Made by a program: the position numbers and the translations under genes. A DNA stretch of 64,000 nucleotides, taken from contig JAZDKK010000051.1 of assembly GCA_043803015.1 (NCBI GenBank), positions 17,213 to 81,212 of the forward strand. Reading direction: 5' to 3'. How positions within the stretch are numbered: position 1 is the stretch's first letter; every line of letters starts with the position of its first letter. Positions 1 to 9,500 of this stretch are shown here, piece after piece. The stretch comes from Verrucomicrobiota bacterium (GTDB lineage: Bacteria; Verrucomicrobiota; Kiritimatiellia; CAIQIC01; JAGNIJ01). The notes beneath the pieces were generated by a model that saw nothing but the letters and a program-made list of their open reading frames with translations, searched no databases and was not told where the DNA came from.

Positions 1-236
1 AGGATGCGGGACAACGGGACCTTCTTATGCTTGCTTCCGCAATCGACGATGTGGCTGCCGCATTGCGTCCGCAACACAGGCAGATCCTCGTTGCGCACCA
101 CGAGGGCTGCGGGCCGATCCTGAGCCGTGGCCGCCGGCAGGTCTCCCATCTCCCTCCGGCCGATCCACTTCTGACGGAGGCCGGCGCCGCTTCCCCGCGC
201 CGACACCTGCAGGACCTGGATATTCACCTCGCGCAT
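1..236 (-). CDS. hypothetical protein, N-terminal part (gene continues past the left edge)
   Basis: Minus-strand ATG at 236-234, preceded by a GGAGGGAGG Shine-Dalgarno-like run. The frame is open to the window edge and third codon positions are mostly G/C. Translation begins MREVNIQVLQVSARGSGAGLRQKWIGRREMG. It is absent from the ORF track because there is no in-window stop. No family recognised. Confidence 0.4.
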   Translation of the reverse strand, partial: MREVNIQVLQVSARGSGAGLRQKWIGRREMGDLPAATAQDRPAALVVRNEDLPVLRTQCGSHIVDCGSKHKKVPLSRI

Positions 237-492
237 GCCCGCCTCCCTCCGGAGTGTTGAGAACACTGCACCACGGCATAGTTATGAAATAACTCAACGA
301 GAATGGATGATACATCCACATAAGTCAACGCTTATAACTCAACACGTGTTATTAACAATATTATTATAACATGTTCGGCTACAATTATTTATGGATAGTT
401 TCAGGAAGCTGTAGCGCCGTTCACCGTATGATGTATCCTCGAACTGTGATCATCTGTGTGTCAACACGCAGTATACATGGGAGGGGCGGGTC
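237..492. promoter_or_regulatory. AT-rich divergent intergenic region with short repeats and palindromes
   Basis: Strikingly AT-rich compared with its flanks. It lies between divergently oriented starts (236 minus, 493 plus). Contains ATAACTCAAC twice (about 288-298 and 334-343), TCAACACG at 340-347 and 461-468, the perfect palindrome AACACGTGTT at 341-350, and GTGTTGAGAACAC at 254-266. Confidence 0.4.
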
Positions 493-1341
493 ATGCGAGC
501 AGGATCTTCGATGCGGTCTGAGGGGCTGCGGACGCGGACGTTCGGGAAGGTGAGGGTGTTTGTGCAGGAGCCGGATGCGATACCGGAGCCCTTCACGTAC
601 ATCGACTACGCCGGCGTGGTGACGCGGATCGTGGACGCGTTGCGCGAGGATGACGAGCCGTATCCGCCGATGGCGGTCTGCCTCCGGGGACCCTCGGGCG
701 TGGGGAAGACGGCAGCGGCCTGGGCGGCGACGAAGGCGCTGAAGACGGAGTGCTACACGACGCAGGGCGCCACAGACTGCACGGCGCAGGATCTCGTCGT
801 GTTCCCGGTGCCGACGAACCTGAACCGCTTCGATCCCGTGGCCAGCGGTATCTGCACCGCCGGCATCGAGGGACGGCTGGCGCTCTTCGACGAAATCGGC
901 AAGGTGGCGCGGTATGCGCCGGAGGCGTTGACGCCGCTCGCGGCGATGCTGGATGACCGCCGGACGCTGTGGTCCGATTTCCTGAAGATGCCTTTCCGGG
1001 TGCGGCAGGGGTTCGGGTTCATCTGCACCGCCCAGAACAACGAAATCCTGCCGGATTATGTTACGCGCAGAATGCTGACGTTCACGATCCCTCCTCCTCC
1101 GCCCGCCGTGCTGCTCGAGATCATGAAGGTCAAACTGCCCGCGGCGCCGGGGTTGCTCATGGAAGCGTTTCGAGACTGGGCCTCGCTGCAGACCGGCCTT
1201 ACGCCTCGCGACGCGGGGCTCATCATCCATTTCGCGTTTCGGAGGGCGCGGGTCCGCGGGTCCGCCTTGTCGGGCTGGGACGCGGACGGGCTGGTCCGGG
1301 AGGCTGCCGAGGCCGTCTGCGGCGAGGGGGAGGAGCCATGA
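493..1341 (+). CDS. AAA+ ATPase, AAA_5 / MoxR-McrB-like single module
   Basis: ATG at 493 with GGGAGG about 8 nt upstream. Walker A LRGPSGVGKTAAA, Walker B LALFDEIGK, sensor-1-like ICTAQN. The stop overlaps the next start (ATGA at 1338-1341). Confidence 0.75.
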   Translation: MRAGSSMRSEGLRTRTFGKVRVFVQEPDAIPEPFTYIDYAGVVTRIVDALREDDEPYPPMAVCLRGPSGVGKTAAAWAATKALKTECYTTQGATDCTAQDLVVFPVPTNLNRFDPVASGICTAGIEGRLALFDEIGKVARYAPEALTPLAAMLDDRRTLWSDFLKMPFRVRQGFGFICTAQNNEILPDYVTRRMLTFTIPPPPPAVLLEIMKVKLPAAPGLLMEAFRDWASLQTGLTPRDAGLIIHFAFRRARVRGSALSGWDADGLVREAAEAVCGEGEEP

Positions 1342-3452
1342 ACGCGCGGGGGCTGCCCTGCGGCGCGGCCTGGAACTGTTCTGGCGAGCCCTGGCTGAGA
1401 TACAGGGACACCGGGCTGTGCGTGATTCCATCGCGCCACGGGTCGGTGGAGTTTGCGTGGCTCGTGCACCAAAGCGGCGTCGAGGAATTCGACAAGGTCC
1501 TCGTGGAACTTCCGTCCTCTTATCCCGTGGGTTGGGTGGTGGACGCTGTGGGGCGCATGGATGATGCCGCAGGCGCCATCCTGATCCCTAAGCGCGGACC
1601 GTTCCGGGCTCGCGTGCCTGAGTTCCCGGGAGACCCGGAACCCGAGGAGCGGGTGGTCTTCGTGTCAACGCTCGTGCCGGTCGTTGCCGACTCGATGATG
1701 ATGGCGCTGCGTATGGCCGCAAGGTGCGGGACCGCGGGGCCCAAAGTCGAATTCATCGATGTCGAATCGCCGGGCCACGTCCTGGAGGACGATCCGGACA
1801 TGGCTTTCCCCTTCTGCGATCCGCAGGAGGTGGCAGCGCGGGGGCTCCAGGCTTGGTATGCCCGGTGGGAGCCGACCCTGCGCCGGATGCCGCGGTTGCC
1901 CCGCGATGTCCTGCGCGAGGCGGCCATGGCGGAACGGCTTCGGGCCGGTGTCTTGCGCGAGGGGTGCAAGGCGCTGTTCGTCTGCGGCGCGGCGCACTGG
2001 CCCCGGATCAGCGATCTCCTGGATGGACCCCCTGCCGCAATCCCTGCACCGCTGACCGCCGAAGCCCGGCGCCCGGACGACTTGCGTTTGGTCGCCATCC
2101 CGCCGGTCATCCTGTTTTCCTGGCACCAGATGGACATCCCCTTTGTCGTTGGAGAGTTCGAAGAGGCTGTTCGTGGAAAATCCGAAGGGTTCGATCGCGA
2201 CTCGTCCATCCGCAGACTGCTTTGCCGCGCCAACGAAACGGCGGGACGCTCCGTCCCCCCGGGATCGTTCGATTTCCTGCAGCGCTATCTGAACCGGCGC
2301 GTTCTGGCGGCGGGGCGGTGGTCCTGCGACCTCGACGAGCACCTGCTGGATGCGGCCCGCGTCACCGCCGGTTCACCCTTCGCGCACGTGTTGGAGCAGG
2401 AAGCCATGAACCACAACCCCAGCCTCCCGGACGGAGTCCCATTGGGGCGGGTGGTTCCGGCCGGACCCGGCGGCTACTTCATTCTGGCGGGGGGCGAGGC
2501 CCATCACGTGATGATCGGGTCGGGCGCTGCAGAACCGAACCAGGGGGGGCGCCCCTTCCGGGTCCCGCGCGATCTTGAGCTGACCCCGCACGAGCGCAAG
2601 CAGCTGAAGACCAGCGCCTCGCTGTACATGAAACCGAGTTGCGAGGAGCGATTGCACAAGAACATGTGCGACACGGCGCGCCATCGCGGCCACGAACTGG
2701 TTCCGGAACAACGCCGCTACCAACCTCGCGTATTCCGGGGACACCTGGCGGCGGGAATCGAACCGCGGCGCACCTTGCGCGCCAGGGCCCTTGGCCAGGG
2801 CACAACGTATGTGCGGCATCGGATTCGAGTTGCGCGCAACATACACCACTGCGACGAGTGCCCGGTGGTTTGGATCTTCCACGCCGATCGGCCGGTTCTC
2901 CACAGGGTGGGGGACTTCTTCCCGGATGGCGCGGATGGAGACCAGCTGTTCACGTCCTTCTTCTGGTTCTGCGCCCGGACCCGCGTCGAAGTCGTGCATC
3001 GCAACCGGATCGCGTTCTTCGTCCGGATACACCGCAACGTGACGCCGAGCTGGGACGAGGCGGTGGTGGACCGGCTGCTGCTAAGCAGAATCCCACCCGG
3101 CAAGAAATGCCGCGTACGCCCTTGGAATGACGAATCGCTGTCCCCCTTCTTCTCGGGTCCGGACCTGGCTGTGGCCTGCGCGGTCAAATGGGCCCTGGCG
3201 GACCACGTCATTATCGTGCGTGCGGATCCCTCCTACGCGGTGGGTCCCGCGGCGGCCGGCTATGCGCGCGCGTCGGGCGTGCGACTGCTGACGCTGACCA
3301 CGGAGGCATTCGACCCCATCCTGTTGGCCCGCTACGAACTCGATCACGAGCTGCCCACGAAAGGGGCGTGGCATCGCCCGGACGAGCGATGCCTGCGCTT
3401 CGTGGAGCCCGTGCCGGGATTCGACGCCCAGGAGGAGGGAGCGGTGTCATGA
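1338..3452 (+). CDS. large uncharacterised protein (704 aa), possibly DUF5682/TraB-GumN-like partner of the AAA+ ATPase
   Basis: ATG at 1338 behind GGGGGAGGAG, overlapping the upstream stop. High GC3 frame. The N-terminal CVIPSRHGSVEFAWLV...VLVELP and later FVCGAAHW resemble, from memory, DUF5682-type proteins that pair with AAA_5 ATPases. This family call is tentative. Confidence 0.6.
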   Translation: MNARGLPCGAAWNCSGEPWLRYRDTGLCVIPSRHGSVEFAWLVHQSGVEEFDKVLVELPSSYPVGWVVDAVGRMDDAAGAILIPKRGPFRARVPEFPGDPEPEERVVFVSTLVPVVADSMMMALRMAARCGTAGPKVEFIDVESPGHVLEDDPDMAFPFCDPQEVAARGLQAWYARWEPTLRRMPRLPRDVLREAAMAERLRAGVLREGCKALFVCGAAHWPRISDLLDGPPAAIPAPLTAEARRPDDLRLVAIPPVILFSWHQMDIPFVVGEFEEAVRGKSEGFDRDSSIRRLLCRANETAGRSVPPGSFDFLQRYLNRRVLAAGRWSCDLDEHLLDAARVTAGSPFAHVLEQEAMNHNPSLPDGVPLGRVVPAGPGGYFILAGGEAHHVMIGSGAAEPNQGGRPFRVPRDLELTPHERKQLKTSASLYMKPSCEERLHKNMCDTARHRGHELVPEQRRYQPRVFRGHLAAGIEPRRTLRARALGQGTTYVRHRIRVARNIHHCDECPVVWIFHADRPVLHRVGDFFPDGADGDQLFTSFFWFCARTRVEVVHRNRIAFFVRIHRNVTPSWDEAVVDRLLLSRIPPGKKCRVRPWNDESLSPFFSGPDLAVACAVKWALADHVIIVRADPSYAVGPAAAGYARASGVRLLTLTTEAFDPILLARYELDHELPTKGAWHRPDERCLRFVEPVPGFDAQEEGAVS

Positions 3453-4603
3453 TCGGGGCAACTTCGATGCGGGAGAAGGGGCGGCGGGTTCCCCGCGCCT
3501 TGATGTACGTGGTCCTCGCCCTGGTGACGCTGGGGCTGGTGGTTCTGGCCAGCGCGAGCAGTGTGAGGGGCGAAGTCACGGCCGGGGACCCCGGCTACTT
3601 CTGGAAGAAGCAGATGGCCTGGCTCGGAGTCGGTCTTCCGGCGGGATGGTTGGCTTCCCTGGTCGACTATCGGCGCTGGCGCAAGCTCGCGCGTCCACTG
3701 ATGCTGATCACGCTCTTGCTGCTCCTGCTCGTTCTGCTGTTCGGTCCCCGGATCGGGGGAAGCCGCCGGTGGCTTCACGCGGGCGGGTTCAGCGTACAGC
3801 CGACGGAACTGGCCAAGTTCGCCGCCGTGGCGTTTCTGGCCGAACGGATGTCGCGGGTGCCTCTGCGCGCGGAGAGGCTCAAGGAAGGCCTGCTGGGGCC
3901 GGGCGTGGGCATGGGTCTCATGATTCTGCTCATCATGCTGGAGCCGGACGTGGGCGCATCGCTCCTGATCGGCGCGGTCGGCTGGACCGTGCTGCTGGTT
4001 TCCGGGGCCCGGCTCCTGTACCTGCTCGGGGGCGGGCTGGCGGGGGTTGCCGCCATCGGCGCATACATCCGCTTAAACCCGGTGCGGTGGGGCCGCATCG
4101 AGGCATGGCTCTGGCCGGACCAGCACCCGGATATCGCCTATCATTTCCTCGAAGCCCGGAATGCCTTTGTGCTGGGCGGTGCGGGAATCAACCCCGGGGG
4201 CAGCATGCAGAAGCACTTCTATCTTCCGGAAGCGCACACGGATTTCATCTTCGCGATCCTCGGCGAAGAGTTCGGCGTGTGGGGTTCTCTCGGCGTCGTC
4301 ATGCTCTTCGTGGCGTTCCTCGTGTGCGGCATCCTGATCAGCCTCCGGGTTCACGATCGGTTCGGCCGGCTGCTGGCCTTCGGCCTTACGATGACCATCA
4401 CGCTGCAGGCCTTGATCCACGTGGCCGTGGTCACCGGCGCCGTGCCCACCAAGGGGATCACGCTCCCCTTCTTCAGCTACGGGGGCTCGTCCCTGGTGAT
4501 GGCGCTCCTGCAGGCGGGCATCCTCCTGAACATCGGGGGAGGGGTCGGCCCTCGCGCGGGCGCTGCGGAAGATTTTGCCGGAGATCGCATCCACAGACTG
4601 TAG
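3449..4603 (+). CDS. SEDS-family peptidoglycan polymerase (FtsW/RodA/SpoVE)
   Basis: ATG at 3449 overlaps the upstream stop (ATGA). Many hydrophobic segments. Family motifs GGSRRWLHAGGFSVQPTELAKF, LEPDVGAS, LPEAHTDFIFAILGEEFG and GITLPFFSYGGSS. Confidence 0.9.
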   Translation: MIGATSMREKGRRVPRALMYVVLALVTLGLVVLASASSVRGEVTAGDPGYFWKKQMAWLGVGLPAGWLASLVDYRRWRKLARPLMLITLLLLLLVLLFGPRIGGSRRWLHAGGFSVQPTELAKFAAVAFLAERMSRVPLRAERLKEGLLGPGVGMGLMILLIMLEPDVGASLLIGAVGWTVLLVSGARLLYLLGGGLAGVAAIGAYIRLNPVRWGRIEAWLWPDQHPDIAYHFLEARNAFVLGGAGINPGGSMQKHFYLPEAHTDFIFAILGEEFGVWGSLGVVMLFVAFLVCGILISLRVHDRFGRLLAFGLTMTITLQALIHVAVVTGAVPTKGITLPFFSYGGSSLVMALLQAGILLNIGGGVGPRAGAAEDFAGDRIHRL

Positions 4604-4634
4604 CGCGGGCACGGGGCGCGGAAAGGAGAACGCC

Positions 4635-4955
4635 ATGAAAGCCGACGAGAACAGGGCCGGGAAGAACCGGGAGCTCATCGAGGAGATGGGCTGCTGTCCA
4701 ACAGGCCACTACTGCACGCTGAAGGAGATCCTCATTCGGTGTCCAAGAGACACGCGAACCCTCGTGCTCATCAAGTGCCTCGAGAAGTTCAAGTACGAGC
4801 GAAGCGAACGCGAGCAGCGGGCACTCGACTGGAACAGCGCTCTCGACCTCTGGATCGCCGAAGGTCGCGCGGACATCTTCGCCCGCCTGTTCCGGGAAGA
4901 CGTGCGGGTCGAGGAGCTGTACCGGGCCGTGATGAGCGAGCCGGCACAGCGCTGA
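4635..4955 (+). CDS. small conserved hypothetical protein (K-Y/W-E-x-SE...DW...A..DW motif family)
   Basis: ATG at 4635 with AAAGGAG 6 nt upstream. The motif KFKYERSEREQRALDWNSALDLWI is paralogous to the small ORF at 24929-25150 (HKWYESEKAGHDIGWERACVDWMI). Confidence 0.6.
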   Translation: MKADENRAGKNRELIEEMGCCPTGHYCTLKEILIRCPRDTRTLVLIKCLEKFKYERSEREQRALDWNSALDLWIAEGRADIFARLFREDVRVEELYRAVMSEPAQR

Positions 4956-4969
4956 AGGGCAGGGGACTC

Positions 4970-5440
4970 ATGAAGAAGCCACGAAGCAGAAATCGGCCCC
5001 CCTTTGTGGGGACGCGTGAGCGCACGATCAAGCCGGGCGGATGGCTTGTCATCCCGGCTGAGTACCGGGCGCTCCTGCAAGGGAGGCGGGGTGTGATCCG
5101 GGTGCTCGTGGTGAAAGGCAAGCCGGCGAACCTGTCGTGCTATCGCTTTGAGGATTGGGCTCTCGCCAGACGGGAGCTGATGGCGCTCGGCGGGGACGTG
5201 AGGCGCGGGCGAGAAGCTGCCTTGGGATCATCGCCTCTCATCACCGCGTGTGCTCTTGATTCTCAAGGGCGCATCCGTCTTCCGGACGGTTTCCGGCAGC
5301 ACGCGGACCTCGATCACCGCGTCGTCATCGTCGGCTGTTTCGACTCGTTCGAGCTGTGGCGTCCCCATCGATGGAAGCGGCACACGGCAACCACGCAGGG
5401 GCCGCGTTGCAGGGCGGAATCGTATCTCTGGGGCGGGTGA
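4970..5440 (+). CDS. mraZ: MraZ-like transcriptional regulator (two SpoVT/AbrB-like halves)
   Basis: The second half, LDSQGRIRLPDGFRQHADLDHRVVIVGCFDSFELWRPHRW, aligns by eye to the MraZ DxxGR...VGxxxxFELW half-repeat. The first half is degenerate (IKPGGWLVIPAEYRALL). No rsmH/mraW follows. Confidence 0.65.
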   Translation: MKKPRSRNRPPFVGTRERTIKPGGWLVIPAEYRALLQGRRGVIRVLVVKGKPANLSCYRFEDWALARRELMALGGDVRRGREAALGSSPLITACALDSQGRIRLPDGFRQHADLDHRVVIVGCFDSFELWRPHRWKRHTATTQGPRCRAESYLWGG

Positions 5441-5456
5441 ACCGGAGCGCGTGGAC

Positions 5457-6041
5457 ATGACTCTTTCCGGGATGCCGAAACCGGGGGGCCACGGAGGCTG
5501 GTTGGTCATGGGCGAGAAGAAGACGATACGGCGGAAGTGGCCGGCGCCGGGCAGCTTCTTCCAGGCCCGGCAGTTGAACCGGAACTTCTACTGCAATGGC
5601 TTCGGCTATTGGTCGTATCCCGCCCTCCAGGTCTCCGGGACTGGACGGGTGCAGTGGGTGCATGTCGGGCTGGGTTTCGAGTTCGAGGAGTACAGGACTC
5701 TTCTGTTCCGCCCGCGCGCGGTCGCGGTAACCGATGCGAACAGCACCATCCTCGTGCGATACGAGGACTTCAAGGCGGGGCGGGATCCTTTTCCGCAGGA
5801 GGACTGGACGGAACCGGTATCCGTATATCCTCATCCGGCGATCTGCGAATGGACCGATGAACAACTGCACTCGGAGGAAGGGAAGTTGCTTTCCGTGTAT
5901 CCGAAGGCGGCGAAGGTGTTTGCCGCGACAGGCGAGTTGCCTGACAGGTTCAGGAGCAAGTACCTGACCATCGCCCACCCGATCTTCAGCCGCTACCTGG
6001 CGGTCCTGGCCCCCGCATTTTCAAAAGCTCTTCACAGTTAG
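5457..6041 (+). CDS. hypothetical protein
   Basis: High GC3 frame. Candidate starts are ATG 5457 or ATG 5508 (GGAGG about 10 nt upstream of 5508). No family recognised. Confidence 0.5.
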   Translation: MTLSGMPKPGGHGGWLVMGEKKTIRRKWPAPGSFFQARQLNRNFYCNGFGYWSYPALQVSGTGRVQWVHVGLGFEFEEYRTLLFRPRAVAVTDANSTILVRYEDFKAGRDPFPQEDWTEPVSVYPHPAICEWTDEQLHSEEGKLLSVYPKAAKVFAATGELPDRFRSKYLTIAHPIFSRYLAVLAPAFSKALHS

Positions 6042-6055
6042 CTGGTGAAAAGGAG

Positions 6056-6412
6056 ATGCACATGAACGAGAGACTCGCACGCAAGCTGACGATTCTGAAC
6101 AAGTACGGGATTTATGCGCGGTCATCGGCCCTGCTGGTCAAGACCGCGGCCAAGGCGGGGCCCAACACCGAGGTCACCGTGACCTGCGAAGGCACTACCG
6201 TAAGTTGCAAGAGCATCATGGGCCTGCTGACCATCGAGGGATATCAGGGCCGGGAGCTTCTTGTCGAAGCCCGGGGCCCGGAAGCGAGAGCCGTGCTGGA
6301 AGCGATCACCGAGCTTGTAAACCTGGGATTTCTCTCCGGTGAACCGTGCCTGCCCATTCCGCCGTCGCATTCGGAGTTCGTCGATTTGTCGGCCGAACCG
6401 GAGCAAGCTTGA
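6056..6412 (+). CDS. HPr-like phosphocarrier-fold protein with Tyr in place of the active-site His15
   Basis: Aligns to HPr. GIYARSSALLVKTAAK corresponds to the canonical GIHARPA, and VSCKSIMGLLTIEG retains the Ser46 KSIMG motif. ATG at 6056 or 6062 follows AAGGAG. The Tyr codon TAT is at 6113-6115. Confidence 0.8.
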   Translation: MHMNERLARKLTILNKYGIYARSSALLVKTAAKAGPNTEVTVTCEGTTVSCKSIMGLLTIEGYQGRELLVEARGPEARAVLEAITELVNLGFLSGEPCLPIPPSHSEFVDLSAEPEQA

Positions 6413-6452
6413 AGCCTCTCGCGCCATCGCCTAGCATCGAGCCGGGGTGAAC

Positions 6453-6557
6453 ATGACCGACCGGCACGGTACACCAGCAACACACGAACGGGTGGTCCGC
6501 GTCTTCATCTCCTCCACGTTCCACTACATGCATGGAAATGATCCTCCTGTGTGCTGA
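6453..6557 (+). pseudogene. orphan 5' stub of a DUF4062-type STAND gene (34 codons)
   Basis: Translates as MTDRHGTPATHERVVRVFISSTFHYMHGNDPPVC, then a stop at 6555-6557. Shares a 22-nt identical core (tccgcgtcttcatctcctccac, 6496-6517) with the heads at 11943-11986 and 16355-16398. Ends 25 nt before the next gene. Confidence 0.5.
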
Positions 6558-6582
6558 ATGAAAGATCATATGGAGTAGCACC

Positions 6583-9500
6583 ATGAGCAAACTCGAGAAC
6601 CGCCGCATCCGCATCTTCATTTCGTCACCGGGCGACGTCGCCGAGGAACGCGACCGTGCCCGTCAGGTGGTTGAGGAACTGCGACACCGTTATGCAGGAC
6701 GCTTGGACATCAAGGCGGTGCTCTGGGAGAAGCTGCCCCTGCAGGCCGACATGTCGTTCCAGCAGGGTATCGACCTGGTGCTCTCGCGCGAGCAGGGAAT
6801 CGATGTCGCCGTCTTCATCCTGTGGTCCCGCCTCGGGTCGCCGCTGGGTCCGCGCATCCGGAAACCGGACGGCACGCAGTACCGGTCAGGCACCGAACGC
6901 GAGTTCGACCTGATGCTGGCCGCCAGGAGAGAGAACAGGCAGCGCGACCCGGCCAGCGATTCTCCCAAGATCCTGCTCTACACGCGGAACGACGAGGCCA
7001 GCTTCGATGAACGGCTCCGCGGCCGATCCACGGACGAGAAGGAAGACATGATTGTGCAGAAGAAGCTCGTGGAGACCTTCGTCAAGGAGGAGTTCCGCGA
7101 TGCCACGACCGGCACGAATATCCGGGCCTATCATGTCTTCGGGCAGCCGGTGACCTTCTCGCAGAACCTGAGGGCCCACCTGGAGGAGATCCTGAACCCG
7201 ATGGTCGAGGGTTCCCAGGGAAGCCCGGCCTGGGATGTTACCCGGCTGGGTGCGCCGTTCCGGGGGTTGGAGGTCTTTCAGTTCGAGCACAGCCCGATCT
7301 TCTTCGGCCGCGAGGACGAGGTCCTCGAAGTGCGCCGGGCGCTGCAGCGGAAGGCGAGGGAAGGATGCGCCTTCGTATTGATCACGGGCGCGAGCGGCAG
7401 CGGCAAGTCATCGCTGGCGCGCGCGGGAGCGCTTCCGGCCGTGGTCTGGAACGAGGTGGACGACACGGTGGTCGGCTGGCGATACGCGATCTACACGCCG
7501 GGCCAACTGCAGGGCGATTTGTGCGGGGGCCTGGCCCGGCTTCTGTGCTCGGACGCGGTTCTGCCGGAACTGCGGATCAGCGACGACACCGCCACGGTGC
7601 TGGCCGAGGGCCTCGCGGCCGCGCCCAAGCTGACGGTCGACCAGAGCCTGCGCCCGGCTCTTCAGCGGGCGGCCCAGGGGAAGCACGGCTCCGTGCGCCT
7701 GATGCTGCTGGTCGACCAGCTGGAGGAACTGTTCACCGACAAGCGGCTGACGGACGCCCACCGGGAGCAATTCGTCAATGCGCTCGAAGCGATGGCCCGA
7801 AGCGGCGTGGTCTGGGTTCTCGCCACGGTGCGCAGCGATTTCTACCCATACTGCCAGCGGTTGCCTGCGCTGATGCGGGCGAAGGAAGGGCCGGGCCAGA
7901 TTGACATCCTCCCGCCCGCCGCCGATGCGCTGCGCCGCCTGATTGAGTGCCCCGCCGGGCTGGCCGGTCTCGTCTTCGAGAAGAGAGGCGAGACGTCCCT
8001 TGCGGACCGCATTCTGGATGACGCGACCGCGCATGCCGGGCTTCTGCCGCTGGTGTCCTACGTGTTGCGAGAGCTGTTCGAAAGACGCACGCCGGAGGGC
8101 GTGCTCACGTTCGCGGCGTACGACCAGCTGGGCGGTGTGGAGGGGGCGCTTGCCAAGCGGGTCGAGGCGGTGTTCTCCAGCCTGCCACCCGCTGCGCAGG
8201 CCCAGCTGCCTTCCGTCCTCCGGGGGCTGGTGAGCGTGAGCGGAGACGAAGAGGAGAGCGTGGTCAGGCAGCGCATGCCGATGGACGCGCTTTCGCTCGA
8301 CGGTCCCGCCCGTGTCCTCGTGGACAGGTTCATCCAGGAGCGATTCCTGGTCACGGACAGGACCACGAGCGGGACCCCCATGGCTTCTCTGGCACACGAG
8401 GCCCTGCTCGCTGTCTGGCCCCGCGCCGCCGCATGGACTACCGACAACCGTGACTTCCTGCGGGTCCGGGCTCGAGTCGCCGCCCGCATGAAGGAGGGAA
8501 GCCGCCTTCAGGAGGGGGACGCCCTGCTTGAGTCGGCAAAGCAACACCTGGCGACGGCCGGCGACGGCTTCACGGCGGAGCAGGTCTCTTTCATCCGGGA
8601 GTGCGCACGTGCGGTGGAGCGCGCCCGGCACAGGCGGGAACGCATCGTCATGTCCGTGGCGGCGGCATTTGCTGCTCTCTCCCTCCTTGCGGCGGGGGCC
8701 GGCTGGCTGGCTTGGCAGAAGAGGCAGGAGGCCGCGGCCGAAGCGCGGGCGCGTGCGCAACTGCTCCAGGACGCGGGCCGCAGCGAGCACGCTACGGCCG
8801 AAGGCATGTTTCGCGAGGGAAGTTGGGAAGGCGGTGTCATTCACCTCGGTCGCGCTCTCACCTACGACCCGCTCAACACGACCGCGGCAGCGCATATGTG
8901 GAGCGCGATCGTGCATTGCGCGAACAGGATACCCCCTCCGCTGGTCGGGCGGATCGACTACACTCAGGAACCCGACCGTCAAACGAAAGACCGCGACGAA
9001 AATGCGCGCGATGCGGCAACGATCCAGCACATGGCGCGGCGCGTCATAGGAGAGAACATCCGGGCCTGCCTGTTGCCGGCGGCTCTCATGCTTTTCCCTG
9101 CGGGGTCCTGGCGCGTGGGCGAGCAGGTTGCTGGCAGATGGGCCCGAAGCCGATACGAACAACGCGCAGACATCGGCGTTCATCCGAGGGACGCGAGCCC
9201 GAACGAGCCGGAGTCGCAGGCAAGTCCAACACCGGCAGGCACACAAATCCTGTCCAGGAACATGGTTGGTTACGTAGGGGATCGGTTCTTCGTGTGGGAA
9301 GGGATACCCCACTTCGCCCTGTCCCGCGATGGAACACGTGTCGTCCTCTGTCACTTTGAGCAGGGGTCTGCACAGGTCTTTGCCCTGCCGTCGGGTCAGC
9401 CCGTGGGCGAACGGGTGTTCTTGGGCGATGGGGCATCTTTCCAGGGGAGGGTCGTGCGAGTCGCTGTGTCTCCATCAGGCACGAGCTTCGCTGCCGGTGC

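Noticed and set aside
969-3452. Upstream-extended starts offered by the ORF track (969 for the 704-aa protein, 3188 for SEDS, 16795 for the RSH protein, 52202 for glyQS, 50836 for trmB, 51188 for lpxK, 53668 for the FHA protein)
   Set aside because: The extensions overlap the preceding genes in other frames or run antisense to real genes, and they translate to low-complexity sequence. Internal ATGs with SD-like motifs and family-typical N-termini were chosen instead.
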